IMG/VR virus record: IMGVR_UViG_3300002835_000018
DNA from: a virus
Reading direction: 5' to 3' (one strand)
Length of the DNA: 64,000 nt
Shown: positions 24,801-34,347 of the stretch, piece after piece
Layout of the letters: every line of letters begins with the position of its first letter
How positions within the stretch are numbered: the stretch's first letter is position 1
The notes under the pieces: model-generated
Seen by the model: only the letters and a program-made list of their open reading frames with translations
The model's database searches: none
Told to the model about the DNA's origin: nothing
Made by a program: the position numbers and the translations under genes

Positions 24801-27800
24801 GAGAACAGGGAGAACAAGGGATTCAAGGCCATCAAGGATTCCAAGGTTATCAAGGTGAACAAGGTATTCAAGGAGATCAGGGTTATCAAGGTTTTCAAGG
24901 AGAACAAGGGTTTCAAGGTGAACAAGGATTTCAAGGTGAACAAGGTAATCAAGGCGATCAAGGATTCCAAGGAAATCAAGGAGATCAGGGATCACAGGGT
25001 GACCAAGGTTATCAGGGTTATCAAGGCGAGCAAGGCTATCAAGGGGATCAAGGCTACCAAGGTGTTCAAGGACCAAAGAACACGGAAAACGCTCACACAT
25101 CTGCTCGTTTAGCAACAACTACCGCCCTTAATAATTCCCCAACTTACACTGCTGGAAGTGCAGATGCATCTAATGGTACTGGCGTTGGTGCTTATATTCA
25201 AGCCACTACAAATGGGGCTTTGTCTGTTGATAGTGTTGCTGTAGCTGTTGGTGATAGAATATTAGTTAAAAATCAATCTGATGCAAGACAGAATGGTATT
25301 TATACAGTTGATGCCACTGGTGGACCATCTGCTTTATACAAACTCATCAGAGCAACAGACTTTGATAATCATATCGCTGCTCAAGTTGAGTATGGCGATT
25401 ATCTATTTATAGTAGCTGGAACAGTAAATAATAATACTTCTTCTTTGCAAAATAGTGTTGGTTCTAATGTAGATGGAAGTATTCGTATTGGAACTGATGA
25501 TATAACCTTTACACAAGTTGGTGGTATTGGACCACAGGGTTATCAGGGCGTTACTGGTGCTGGTGGTGCTTTAGGTTATTACGGATCTTTCTATTCTGAT
25601 TTAACTCAGACTGCTGCTTCAACAGCTACAGCTTATGCGATGACATTTAACAATACGCCAGATGCTAATGGCGTTTCTATACAATCAAACTCTCAGATTA
25701 AAGTTGCTCATCCTGGAACTTATGATCTACAGTTTTCTGCTCAATTATATTATTCTGGCGGTGGTGGTAATGGACAAACTGTACAGATTTGGTTTAAATT
25801 AAATGGCGTAGATGTTGCTGATTCTGCCACAAAAGTAAATGTTACTTCAAATAACCCATTTAATGTTGCTGCTTGGGATTATCTTTTTACTACCACATCT
25901 GCTAATGAATATATAGAAATAATGTGGAGTACTGATAATACTAATATTCAACTTTTAAGGAACACATCTACATCTCCAGCACCAGCTATACCATCAGTAA
26001 TTGCAACTGTAATGCAAGTGATGTATACACAAGTTGGTCCACAAGGTAATCAGGGGTTGCAGGGATTGCAGGGGTCACAAGGTAATCAAGGTTTACAAGG
26101 TCATCAAGGTTTACAAGGTCTTAAGGGCGATCAAGGATATCAAGGTAATCAAGGATTACAAGGTCACCAAGGCATTCAAGGTCATCAGGGCGTTCAAGGA
26201 TATCAAGGTTATCAAGGGATTTTAGGCGAACAAGGATTTCAAGGTCATCAAGGAAATCAAGGTATACAAGGTCATCAGGGCGAACAGGGTTTCCAAGGTC
26301 ATCAAGGAGAACAGGGCGAACAAGGATTTCAAGGAGAACAGGGTTTTCAAGGAAATCAAGGTGATCAAGGTGATCAAGGATTTCAAGGGGAACAAGGTCA
26401 ACAAGGCCATCAAGGCAATCAGGGTGACCAAGGATTTCAAGGGAATCAAGGAGATCAAGGTTTTCAAGGTGAGCAAGGATTCCAAGGAAATCAAGGAGAA
26501 CAGGGATTTCAAGGTTTTCAAGGAGATCAGGGAAATCAAGGTTCGCAGGGTGAACAAGGTTCACAGGGTGATCAAGGATTCCAAGGAGAACATGGAAATC
26601 AAGGTGATCAGGGATCACAAGGTGATCAGGGATTACAAGGCGATCAAGGCAATTATGGAAATCAAGGCGACCAAGGATATCAGGGAGCAACTGGTAGCTT
26701 TGGTGGTGTAACAGTTGAATATAAAATAGACACAAATAATTATTTTATCAATGATCCAGGCGACAACTACATAAGATTTAACAATGCTTCTCTTGCATCA
26801 GCTACGCATGTTATAATTGATGATAATCCAAATAATGCAAACATAGATCTTTCTCTATTCTTAGCCACAATCTCTGCTTCAACAAGCACTATGAAAGGTC
26901 ATTTCAAATTATCTAAGAAAAATGACTCTACAGTATTTGCACTTTACACTATAAGCAATTCCTCAGAACAAGAGCCTAGCTTCTTTGATGTTACAATTTC
27001 TTATTTATCTGGAAGTGGCTCGTTTTCTAATGATGATGAAGTATTGCTCACCTTTGCAAGAACTGGTGATAAGGGTGATACTGGCTATCAGGGATATCAA
27101 GGGTATCAGGGAGAACAGGGGCAACAGGGTTATCAAGGCATAAATAGGGGTGTCTATACTGCAAGTCCAACTGCTCCATTATCGCCAACTGCTGGCGATC
27201 TTTGGATAGATACATCAACTGGTATTTTTTACATATATGTTGTAGATACAGATAGTTCACAGTGGGTTCAATTTGTAGGTGCAAAAGGCGAACAAGGATT
27301 TCAAGGTGCTGGTTTCCAAGGAAGTCAAGGAACTCAAGGCACACAAGGCGTACAAGGAAATCAAGGAGAACAAGGTTTTCAAGGTGCTGGTTTTCAAGGT
27401 TTTCAAGGAGAACAGGGCGAACAAGGGTTGCAAGGTTTTCAAGGAGAACAGGGAGATCAGGGTGGCATAGGATCGCAGGGAGATCAAGGTTATCAGGGTG
27501 AACAAGGATACCAAGGACAACAAGGATTTCAAGGAAATCAGGGCTATCAGGGAGAACAAGGAAATCAAGGTTATCAAGGATACCAAGGCTATCAGGGAGA
27601 TGTGCCTTATACTTATACTGGCACATGGTCTGCTTTAACTACCTATGTTTTAAATGATGCTGCTACTTATCAAGGATCATTGTATCAATTGACCAATGTT
27701 GGAAGTTGGTCTTTGGGAGCGACACCTCCAAACAACGGATGGACTTTATTGGTTCAAAAGGGTAATCAAGGAGATCAAGGAAATCAAGGAGAACAAGGTT

Positions 27801-30118
27801 TTCAAGGAAATCAAGGTTTCCAAGGATACCAAGGAGAACAAGGATACCAAGGTGAACAAGGGAACCAAGGCGAACAAGGAAATCAAGGTTATCAAGGATA
27901 CCAAGGAGATTTGGGTCTTCAAGGATCTCAAGGGGTTCAAGGAGATCAGGGAGAACAAGGTTATCAAGGCGATCAGGGCTATCAAGGAGAAATTGGCTAT
28001 CAAGGCGATCAAGGTTATCAAGGAGATCAAGGGGATCAAGGATATCAAGGCGATCAAGGTTATCAAGGTTTTCAAGGCGAACAAGGTAATCAAGGACTGC
28101 AAGGTGATCAAGGATTTCAAGGAAATCAAGGAGAACAAGGAGAACAAGGCGAACAAGGTAATCAAGGAGAACAAGGTTATCAAGGAATTAGAGGGTATCA
28201 AGGATTTCAAGGAGATCAAGGAAATCAAGGTGATCAAGGAGAACAAGGCGATCAAGGTTTTCAAGGAAACCAAGGTTTTCAAGGAAATCAAGGATACCAA
28301 GGAGAGCAAGGTGATCAAGGAAATCAAGGCTATCAAGGCTATCAAGGCTATCAAGGAACATCTGGTTCTGGCGTAACCATTCAAGGTTCAGAAACATGGG
28401 AAAACATATTTAACAATGAAACTGCTGGTGCATCTTTAGGTGATATGTGGATTGTCACAAATGTAAATCAAGGAACAGCTACTCAGGCATGTCCTAATCC
28501 AACTGGTGGCACAGCATCTATAGGCGATGGTTTGATTTATACTGGTTCATCTCCAGTATATTGGCAGAATGTGAGTCTTGTAAGAGGACCACAAGGATTT
28601 CAAGGTATTTTAGGAAGTCAAGGAAGTCAAGGAAGTCAAGGAGTTCAAGGATCTATTGGATCTCAAGGTAACCAAGGAAATCAAGGTATTCAAGGTTCTG
28701 TTGGACCTCAAGGAAACCAAGGCAATCAAGGAAGACAGGGTATAACTGGATCTCAAGGTTTTCAAGGAAATCAAGGTAATCAAGGATTTCAAGGAACTGT
28801 TGGAACGATAGGATCTCAAGGAAATCAAGGCTTACAAGGTGATCAAGGTTTTCAAGGCAGACAAGGATTTCAAGGAATACTTGGTAATCAAGGCTACCAA
28901 GGTAATCAGGGTTTATCTGGTGGTACTGGATCACAGGGATCGGCTGGAAATAATGGAAATCAAGGTTTTCAAGGCAATCAAGGCAATCAAGGAAACCAAG
29001 GTTTTCAATCTAGTGGTTCTGTGACTTCTGTATCATTATCTGCACCAGCCATATTCAATGTTTCTGGATCGCCAGTTATAAATGCTGGAACTTTCACAGT
29101 TACATTTGTAAATCAATCTGGAAATACTGTACTTGCTTCCCCAAATGGTTCTACTGGTGTTCCATCTTTTAGATCTTTAGTTCCTGCCGATATACCTACG
29201 CTTAATCAAAATACTACTGGTGTAGCTACAACAGCAATAAATATTTCTGGTGGTTCTATAGGTGGTATTCCATATCAATCTGGAACAAGTTCAACAGCAA
29301 TTTTAGCAGCAGGAACTAGTGATCAAGTTTTAAAATCAAATGGTTCATCTGCTCCATCTTGGATAAATCAAAGTTCAATTACTGCTGGTGGTCTATCGAC
29401 TACTCTTGCTGTTGGTTCTGGTGGAACTGGGCTTACTTCTGCTGGAACAAGTGGGAATGTTCTTACAAGCAATGGCTCTACTTGGACTAGCTCGCCAGCA
29501 GTTAGCTCGAATCCAACAGGATCAATAATTGCTTTTGCTGGTACTACTGCTCCTGCTGGATGGTTATTATGTGATGGTACAAATACTTATTCTAGAACTA
29601 CTTATGCTGCATTATTTACTGTAATTGGAACAACATATAGTGCAGGAAATGGTAGCACATTTGGAGTACCAGACTTAAGAGGCAGAACAATAATTGGTGT
29701 TGGAACTGGTGTTGGTCTTACGAATAGGGGATTGGCTGTTAAAATAGGTACAGAAACAGTCACTTTAAATTCATCTCAAATACCAGCACATACTCATCCT
29801 AATGCTGTATATGGTGGTAGCACTGGTGGTATGTCTGCTAATCAAGTGCATTCACACTCTGCGGTTTGGGTTGCTGGAGGTGGTCAAATAGGAAGAGGTG
29901 CTTATGGATTTGCTAATCTTGGTGGTGGTTATCAAGGAAGACTTATAGTGTCTGGTGGTTCAGAGTATGGACAATACTGTACGGTTGGAGATAGTCCTAG
30001 CATTGATCATACCCATACATTTACGCCATATATAAGCAATGCCAACAATACTGGTGGTGGTTATTCGCATGATAACATGCAACCAAGCATAGCATTAAAC
30101 TACATAATAAAAACTTAG
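21809..30118 (+). CDS. Giant collagen-like fibre protein with CBM-like inserts and a C-terminal tail-collar domain
   Basis: Hundreds of G-X-Q triplets; three (F/Y)xGx(Y/W)...Y..(G/N)D..TYxG..W modules; collar motif PTGSIIAFAGTTAPAGWLLCDG...PDLRGR. Confidence 0.9.
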   Translation: MHFQRNITRIQDQDDFSGVPASGQAVFFDGENFITSDLLGSQGQQGFQGSQGLQGMIGVQGHQGQMGEQGLQGDQGDQGNQGSIGVGLTFRGAYNPSSQYYVNDVVTYGGSSWICISTIDGVTPAENSWWTIFAEKGTNGSQGSQGFQGRQGLQGLQGNQGFQGRQGFQGHQGDQGWQGHQGFQGRQGFQGHQGEQGDQGHQGFQGRQGFQGEQGNQGSQGDQGDQGLQGEQGLQGLQGLQGLQGHQGEQGFQGEQGNQGEQGYQGNQGDQGSQGDQGFQGTTPLICTTQNTGEYYFQTVGENYYQSPIATGLSFGAGQTLSVYAPTDNVIQYMRITSYNPTTGNIVAVVTHSSSPGFKTYDTLSICLAGKVGEQGNQGYQGQQGNQGHQGFQGEQGFQGNQGDQGLQGHQGFQGDQGLQGNQGFQGEQGFQGNQGEQGFQGEQGNQGDQGDQGSQGFQGEQGDQGDQGFQGEQGLQGDQGSQGNQGDQGSQGDQGLQGEQGFQGNQGDQGFQGEQGQQGSQGNQGDQGDQGDQGFQGEQGEQGNQGDQGNQGEQGNQGSQGEQGYQGWQGEQGSQGNQGDQGERGIAALSWTYKVNTTTLTDLDPTNDYISFNADPFTSATQVKVDDNPYGINTTLHDLFLSIQSGYLTLTHQANPSTYVTYQITSCVDGTATNDTVDGSYVIFNVTLVSTYGVINNEDFVTLSIGLVGSQGYQGFQGNQGSQGYQGSQGNQGSQGSQGNQGDQGDQGDQGEQGSQGDQGSQGNQGDQGGQGEQGFQGDQGEQGFQGDQGSQGNQGLQGEQGNQGNQGFQGEQGFQGNQGYQGWQGEQGSQGNQGSDALWNFTGAYSGGASYAIGDIATYLGQTWYRIHSNGGNLGDTPSEGTFWTLIAQKGDQGQQGLQGNQGDQGFQGDQGFQGNQGDQGFQGEQGLQGDQGYQGFQGEQGFQGEQGNQGDQGLQGFQGEQGNQGFQGLQGSQGDQGFQGEQGFQGNQGHQGFQGEQGEQGIQGHQGFQGYQGEQGIQGDQGYQGFQGEQGFQGEQGFQGEQGNQGDQGFQGNQGDQGSQGDQGYQGYQGEQGYQGDQGYQGVQGPKNTENAHTSARLATTTALNNSPTYTAGSADASNGTGVGAYIQATTNGALSVDSVAVAVGDRILVKNQSDARQNGIYTVDATGGPSALYKLIRATDFDNHIAAQVEYGDYLFIVAGTVNNNTSSLQNSVGSNVDGSIRIGTDDITFTQVGGIGPQGYQGVTGAGGALGYYGSFYSDLTQTAASTATAYAMTFNNTPDANGVSIQSNSQIKVAHPGTYDLQFSAQLYYSGGGGNGQTVQIWFKLNGVDVADSATKVNVTSNNPFNVAAWDYLFTTTSANEYIEIMWSTDNTNIQLLRNTSTSPAPAIPSVIATVMQVMYTQVGPQGNQGLQGLQGSQGNQGLQGHQGLQGLKGDQGYQGNQGLQGHQGIQGHQGVQGYQGYQGILGEQGFQGHQGNQGIQGHQGEQGFQGHQGEQGEQGFQGEQGFQGNQGDQGDQGFQGEQGQQGHQGNQGDQGFQGNQGDQGFQGEQGFQGNQGEQGFQGFQGDQGNQGSQGEQGSQGDQGFQGEHGNQGDQGSQGDQGLQGDQGNYGNQGDQGYQGATGSFGGVTVEYKIDTNNYFINDPGDNYIRFNNASLASATHVIIDDNPNNANIDLSLFLATISASTSTMKGHFKLSKKNDSTVFALYTISNSSEQEPSFFDVTISYLSGSGSFSNDDEVLLTFARTGDKGDTGYQGYQGYQGEQGQQGYQGINRGVYTASPTAPLSPTAGDLWIDTSTGIFYIYVVDTDSSQWVQFVGAKGEQGFQGAGFQGSQGTQGTQGVQGNQGEQGFQGAGFQGFQGEQGEQGLQGFQGEQGDQGGIGSQGDQGYQGEQGYQGQQGFQGNQGYQGEQGNQGYQGYQGYQGDVPYTYTGTWSALTTYVLNDAATYQGSLYQLTNVGSWSLGATPPNNGWTLLVQKGNQGDQGNQGEQGFQGNQGFQGYQGEQGYQGEQGNQGEQGNQGYQGYQGDLGLQGSQGVQGDQGEQGYQGDQGYQGEIGYQGDQGYQGDQGDQGYQGDQGYQGFQGEQGNQGLQGDQGFQGNQGEQGEQGEQGNQGEQGYQGIRGYQGFQGDQGNQGDQGEQGDQGFQGNQGFQGNQGYQGEQGDQGNQGYQGYQGYQGTSGSGVTIQGSETWENIFNNETAGASLGDMWIVTNVNQGTATQACPNPTGGTASIGDGLIYTGSSPVYWQNVSLVRGPQGFQGILGSQGSQGSQGVQGSIGSQGNQGNQGIQGSVGPQGNQGNQGRQGITGSQGFQGNQGNQGFQGTVGTIGSQGNQGLQGDQGFQGRQGFQGILGNQGYQGNQGLSGGTGSQGSAGNNGNQGFQGNQGNQGNQGFQSSGSVTSVSLSAPAIFNVSGSPVINAGTFTVTFVNQSGNTVLASPNGSTGVPSFRSLVPADIPTLNQNTTGVATTAINISGGSIGGIPYQSGTSSTAILAAGTSDQVLKSNGSSAPSWINQSSITAGGLSTTLAVGSGGTGLTSAGTSGNVLTSNGSTWTSSPAVSSNPTGSIIAFAGTTAPAGWLLCDGTNTYSRTTYAALFTVIGTTYSAGNGSTFGVPDLRGRTIIGVGTGVGLTNRGLAVKIGTETVTLNSSQIPAHTHPNAVYGGSTGGMSANQVHSHSAVWVAGGGQIGRGAYGFANLGGGYQGRLIVSGGSEYGQYCTVGDSPSIDHTHTFTPYISNANNTGGGYSHDNMQPSIALNYIIKT

Positions 30119-30130
30119 GATATATGCAAT

Positions 30131-32515
30131 ATGCCAATAAATTTTCCTATTAATCCCGATAATAATGACACTTATACATTCGATGGTAAGACATGGGTTT
30201 ACAACGATACTGGTTGGGTTGGACTAGGTGTTGCTGGACCACAAGGATTGCAAGGATTGCAGGGTAATCAAGGTGATCAAGGTTTTCAAGGAATTGTTGG
30301 GGAACAAGGATTTCAAGGAAATCAAGGTGATCAAGGATTTCAAGGTGAACAAGGACAACAGGGCGATCAGGGCAATCAAGGTTTTCAAGGAGAAATAGGT
30401 TTAACTGGTTTTCAAGGTTTTCAAGGATATCAAGGAAGTCAAGGGGATCAAGGCGATCAAGGCGATCAAGGTGATCAAGGGTCGCAAGGTAACCAAGGAG
30501 AACAAGGAGATCAAGGATCGCAGGGTAATCAAGGATTTTATGGAGATCAAGGCAATCAGGGCGACCAAGGATATCAAGGCAATCAAGGCAATCAAGGTTA
30601 TCAGGGAAGTCAAGGAGATCAAGGAAATCAAGGAAACCAAGGAGATCAAGGAGATGTAGGTTCACAAGGATTTCAAGGCAATCAAGGAGTTGTTGGAGCA
30701 ACAGGAAATCAAGGCGATCAAGGTTTATCTGGAAGTACTGGAAATCAAGGCAGACAAGGTTTTCAAGGATCAATAGGGAATCAAGGATTTCAAGGCAGAC
30801 AGGGTTTTCAAGGTTTAACAGGCAATCAAGGCAATCAAGGTTCTCAAGGTAGACAAGGTTTTCAAGGTTTAACTGGAACTGGAAATCAAGGCTTTCAAGG
30901 CTTTCAAGGATCTCAAGGATATCAAGGATCTCAAGGATCTCAAGGATATCAAGGCTTTAGGGGCTATCAAGGTTATCAAGGCAATCAAGGTAATCAAGGA
31001 TTTCAAGGAGAACAAGGAGTTCAAGGATCTCAAGGATCTCAAGGATTTCAAGGTTTTCAAGGAAGACAAGGTTTTCAAGGAATTGTTGGCAATCAAGGCT
31101 TTCAAGGAGAACAAGGATATCAAGGAAGACAAGGTTTCCAAGGAAATCAGGGGTTACAAGGCATTATTGGAAATCAAGGTAACCAAGGTTTTCAAGGAAG
31201 ACAAGGTTTTCAAGGTGTAACTGGAACAGGAAACCAAGGAAATCAAGGAGAACAAGGTTCACAAGGCGAACAAGGAAATCAAGGTAATTATGGTAATCAG
31301 GGTGATCAAGGAAATCAAGGTGATCAAGGAAATTATGGATGGCAAGGTGAACAAGGATTACAAGGAAATCAAGGTGATCAAGGCAACTATGGATGGCAGG
31401 GTTATCAAGGAAATCAAGGCGATCAAGGTATGTATGGCTGGCAAGGATGGCAAGGGTCACAAGGTGATCAAGGTATGTATGGCTGGCAAGGTTATCAGGG
31501 ATACCAAGGAGAACAGGGCGACCAAGGTCATCAGGGCAATCAAGGTTGGCAGGGTGAACAGGGCGATCAAGGGCATCAAGGTTGGCAAGGTCATCAGGGA
31601 GATCAGGGATGGCAGGGAGATCAAGGTTACCAAGGCTCGCAAGGTGATCAAGGTCAAGGGAATCAAGGAGATCAAGGTTCTCAAGGAAACCAAGGACTAC
31701 AAGGTTTAACTGGCCCAGTTGCTGGATCAGCAAATCAGGTTGTCTACAAAGACGGAAGCAATGCTGCTGCTGGATCTTCAAGCTTTACTTTTAATGGCAC
31801 AACAGTAACTACTCCAGTGCTTGCTATAAGTCCTACTGTTGGCACAGGAACACAGCCTTCTTCAGTTACAGTTACTGCTCCTAATCATACTGCTTTGACA
31901 GCAGCTACAGAATATAGCGATGTTTTTCTAAATCTTAATAGAACCGTTCAATTTTCCGCTGGTTTTTTAAGTTCTCAAAGAGCAATAAAAATATCTGCCC
32001 CAACTTATAGTGCGGTAAGTGCGAGTACATTTACAAATGCTGCAACAATACAGATTGATTCTGCTCCTATTGCTGGAACTAATCTAACTTTAACTAACGC
32101 CTATGCACTTCGTGTTCTAACAGGAACCGATGCTGGCGTTGGTATAGTTATACGAGGCTCTTCTTCTCAGTCAGGAGATCTATTCAGAATACAAAACTTT
32201 GGTGAAACTAAGCTACTTTATGTTGATAGTAACTACTCACTATATTTAGCAAGGTCTTTAAATCTAACTCCTTTTAATACTTCTGCTGGCAATACAAGCG
32301 AATTAAGGTTCTATGAACTAGCAGCTAATGGAACAAACTATGTAGGATTTAAAGCTGGAGATAATATAGCAAGTAATGTAATATGGACTTTGCCAACTAC
32401 AGATGGTGCTAATGGTGGAGTAATAATTACTAGTGGTGCTGGCGTATTGTCTTGGTCAACCGCCCCATCAGCAGCAAGCAATGTTTTCTTAGCTAACAAC
32501 TTTGGAGGTTTATAA
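30131..32515 (+). CDS. Second collagen-like fibre protein
   Basis: About 500 aa of G-X-Q repeats; N-terminal INFPINP..NDTYTFDGKTWVYN module; beta-rich C-terminus. Confidence 0.85.
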   Translation: MPINFPINPDNNDTYTFDGKTWVYNDTGWVGLGVAGPQGLQGLQGNQGDQGFQGIVGEQGFQGNQGDQGFQGEQGQQGDQGNQGFQGEIGLTGFQGFQGYQGSQGDQGDQGDQGDQGSQGNQGEQGDQGSQGNQGFYGDQGNQGDQGYQGNQGNQGYQGSQGDQGNQGNQGDQGDVGSQGFQGNQGVVGATGNQGDQGLSGSTGNQGRQGFQGSIGNQGFQGRQGFQGLTGNQGNQGSQGRQGFQGLTGTGNQGFQGFQGSQGYQGSQGSQGYQGFRGYQGYQGNQGNQGFQGEQGVQGSQGSQGFQGFQGRQGFQGIVGNQGFQGEQGYQGRQGFQGNQGLQGIIGNQGNQGFQGRQGFQGVTGTGNQGNQGEQGSQGEQGNQGNYGNQGDQGNQGDQGNYGWQGEQGLQGNQGDQGNYGWQGYQGNQGDQGMYGWQGWQGSQGDQGMYGWQGYQGYQGEQGDQGHQGNQGWQGEQGDQGHQGWQGHQGDQGWQGDQGYQGSQGDQGQGNQGDQGSQGNQGLQGLTGPVAGSANQVVYKDGSNAAAGSSSFTFNGTTVTTPVLAISPTVGTGTQPSSVTVTAPNHTALTAATEYSDVFLNLNRTVQFSAGFLSSQRAIKISAPTYSAVSASTFTNAATIQIDSAPIAGTNLTLTNAYALRVLTGTDAGVGIVIRGSSSQSGDLFRIQNFGETKLLYVDSNYSLYLARSLNLTPFNTSAGNTSELRFYELAANGTNYVGFKAGDNIASNVIWTLPTTDGANGGVIITSGAGVLSWSTAPSAASNVFLANNFGGL

Positions 32516-32961
32516 TGCCAGTCACATCAACGCCTATCTTTGCTCAAGCACCATACTTTGTTGCAAAAACTCTTGCAGCACAAACAGCTTGTACCACTAG
32601 AGGCCCAACAGCAACTGCTAGTCTTGCAGCAGCAAATATTGTAGAGGTTGTACCAACTTCTACTAATGGATTAAGAATTGATTCAATTCAAGTTAATGCT
32701 TGCTCCACCTCTTTTACTTCTGCGACTGCTGGCAATATCGTAGGCATATGGGTATGGGATGGAACTACAGCTTATTTGTTTACAGAAATACTTGTGACTG
32801 CTGTAACTCCATCCACTACTGTAGCTGGATTTACAACTACTTTGACTTTTGCCAACCCTCTTGTTTTACCATCTACATTTAAGCTTTTTGCCTCTGTTAG
32901 TGTTACTACTACTGCTAGTACTACCGCATTGCAAGTTTGTGTAATGGGGGGAAGCTATTAA
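32515..32961 (+). CDS. Virion-associated hypothetical protein
   Basis: 148 aa, T/A/V-rich, translationally coupled on both sides. Confidence 0.65.
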   Translation: MPVTSTPIFAQAPYFVAKTLAAQTACTTRGPTATASLAAANIVEVVPTSTNGLRIDSIQVNACSTSFTSATAGNIVGIWVWDGTTAYLFTEILVTAVTPSTTVAGFTTTLTFANPLVLPSTFKLFASVSVTTTASTTALQVCVMGGSY

Positions 32962-33647
32962 TGGCTGGAGCGTTTAACTATGGCATGATACCAAGTAATT
33001 CGCCAAAGGGTTCTGCGTTTCAAGCAGTTCAAGACACTTTTATATCATCTGGTATCATTCAAATGTTTGCTGGTTCTACTGCTCCAAATGGCTGGCTAAT
33101 ATGTGACGGAAGTACTGTTAGTAGAAGGACTTATGACGACTTATTTAAAGTAATAGGAACTACATATGGGGCTGGTAATTCTAATACTACATTTACATTA
33201 CCAGATATGAGAGGGCGATTACCTATCGGTGCTGGAACAGGCACATCGCTTACCACTAGAACTTTAGGGGCGAATTTGGGTGCAGAGACAGTAACATTAG
33301 CACAAACAAATCTTCCACCACATACCCATACCGCTACAGTTGGAACACAAAGTGCTAATCATACTCACACAGGAACAAGCGGTGATCAAAGCGTAAATCA
33401 TACACATAGTTATAACAAACCTATAGGAACTACTGGTTCACAAGTTGGGATTATAGATTCGCTTACTGCTAGTAGTTCGGGAACACCACAAACAGGTGGG
33501 AATTCTGTTGGTCACACTCATTCAACCACATTTGGAACTCAAAGTGCTACACATACACATAGTGTTACTAATTCAAACACAGGTAGTGGAACACCATTTG
33601 GTATTATGCCACCATCAATAGCCGTTAATTTTATTATTAAAATATAG
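32961..33647 (+). CDS. Tail-collar domain protein, paralogue 1
   Basis: GIIQMFAGSTAPNGWLICDG...LPDMRGR; several HxH motifs. Confidence 0.85.
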   Translation: MAGAFNYGMIPSNSPKGSAFQAVQDTFISSGIIQMFAGSTAPNGWLICDGSTVSRRTYDDLFKVIGTTYGAGNSNTTFTLPDMRGRLPIGAGTGTSLTTRTLGANLGAETVTLAQTNLPPHTHTATVGTQSANHTHTGTSGDQSVNHTHSYNKPIGTTGSQVGIIDSLTASSSGTPQTGGNSVGHTHSTTFGTQSATHTHSVTNSNTGSGTPFGIMPPSIAVNFIIKI

Positions 33648-33655
33648 GTGAAAAA

Positions 33656-34339
33656 TTGGCTGGATCTTTTTCTTATAATTCGATGCCTACTAACTCTCCA
33701 AAGGGAAGTTCATTTGAGCCTATAAAAACACCAATCATACCGACTGGTATAATAGAAATGTTTGCTGGTTCTGTTGCTCCAATCGGATGGTTAATTTGTG
33801 ATGGAAGTATTGTTAGTAGGGTAGCTTTTAGTGATTTGTTTAAAGTCATAGGCACTACTTATGGCGTTGGTAATTCTAATAGCACATTTACTTTACCAGA
33901 CATGAGAGGAAGACTACCTATTGGTGTTGGTTCTGGTTCTAGTTTAACCACAAGGACATTAGCAGCAACTTTTGGTGCAGAAACAGCTACATTGGCCGAA
34001 ACTAACTTGCCTTCTCACACACATGCAACTACGGTTGGAACAGAAAGTGTTACGCATACACACACAGGAACAAGTGGTGGTGAAAGTGCAAATCATGTAC
34101 ACAACTTTAGTCATACTGCGGGTACATCTGGCTCTTACGGATTAATGGACTCAGGAACAGCTAGTAGTTCTGGTCAACCTAGTACTGGTGGCATTCAGCA
34201 AAATCATACTCATGCTACTACAACAGGAACAGAAAGTGCTAATCACACACACTCAGTAACAAACTCAAATACTGGAAGTGGAACAGCTTTTGGAATTATG
34301 CCTCCGTCAATAGTTGTTAATTTCATTATTAAAATATAG
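33656..34339 (+). CDS. Tail-collar domain protein, paralogue 2 (TTG start)
   Basis: Same architecture; N-terminus collinear with paralogue 1. Confidence 0.85.
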   Translation: MAGSFSYNSMPTNSPKGSSFEPIKTPIIPTGIIEMFAGSVAPIGWLICDGSIVSRVAFSDLFKVIGTTYGVGNSNSTFTLPDMRGRLPIGVGSGSSLTTRTLAATFGAETATLAETNLPSHTHATTVGTESVTHTHTGTSGGESANHVHNFSHTAGTSGSYGLMDSGTASSSGQPSTGGIQQNHTHATTTGTESANHTHSVTNSNTGSGTAFGIMPPSIVVNFIIKI

Positions 34340-34347
34340 GTGAGCAA

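Noticed and set aside
22116-31781. Many overlapping alternate-frame and antisense ORFs in the collagen genes
   Set aside because: They are by-products of the 9-bp repeat lacking stops in other frames; low complexity and no RBS.
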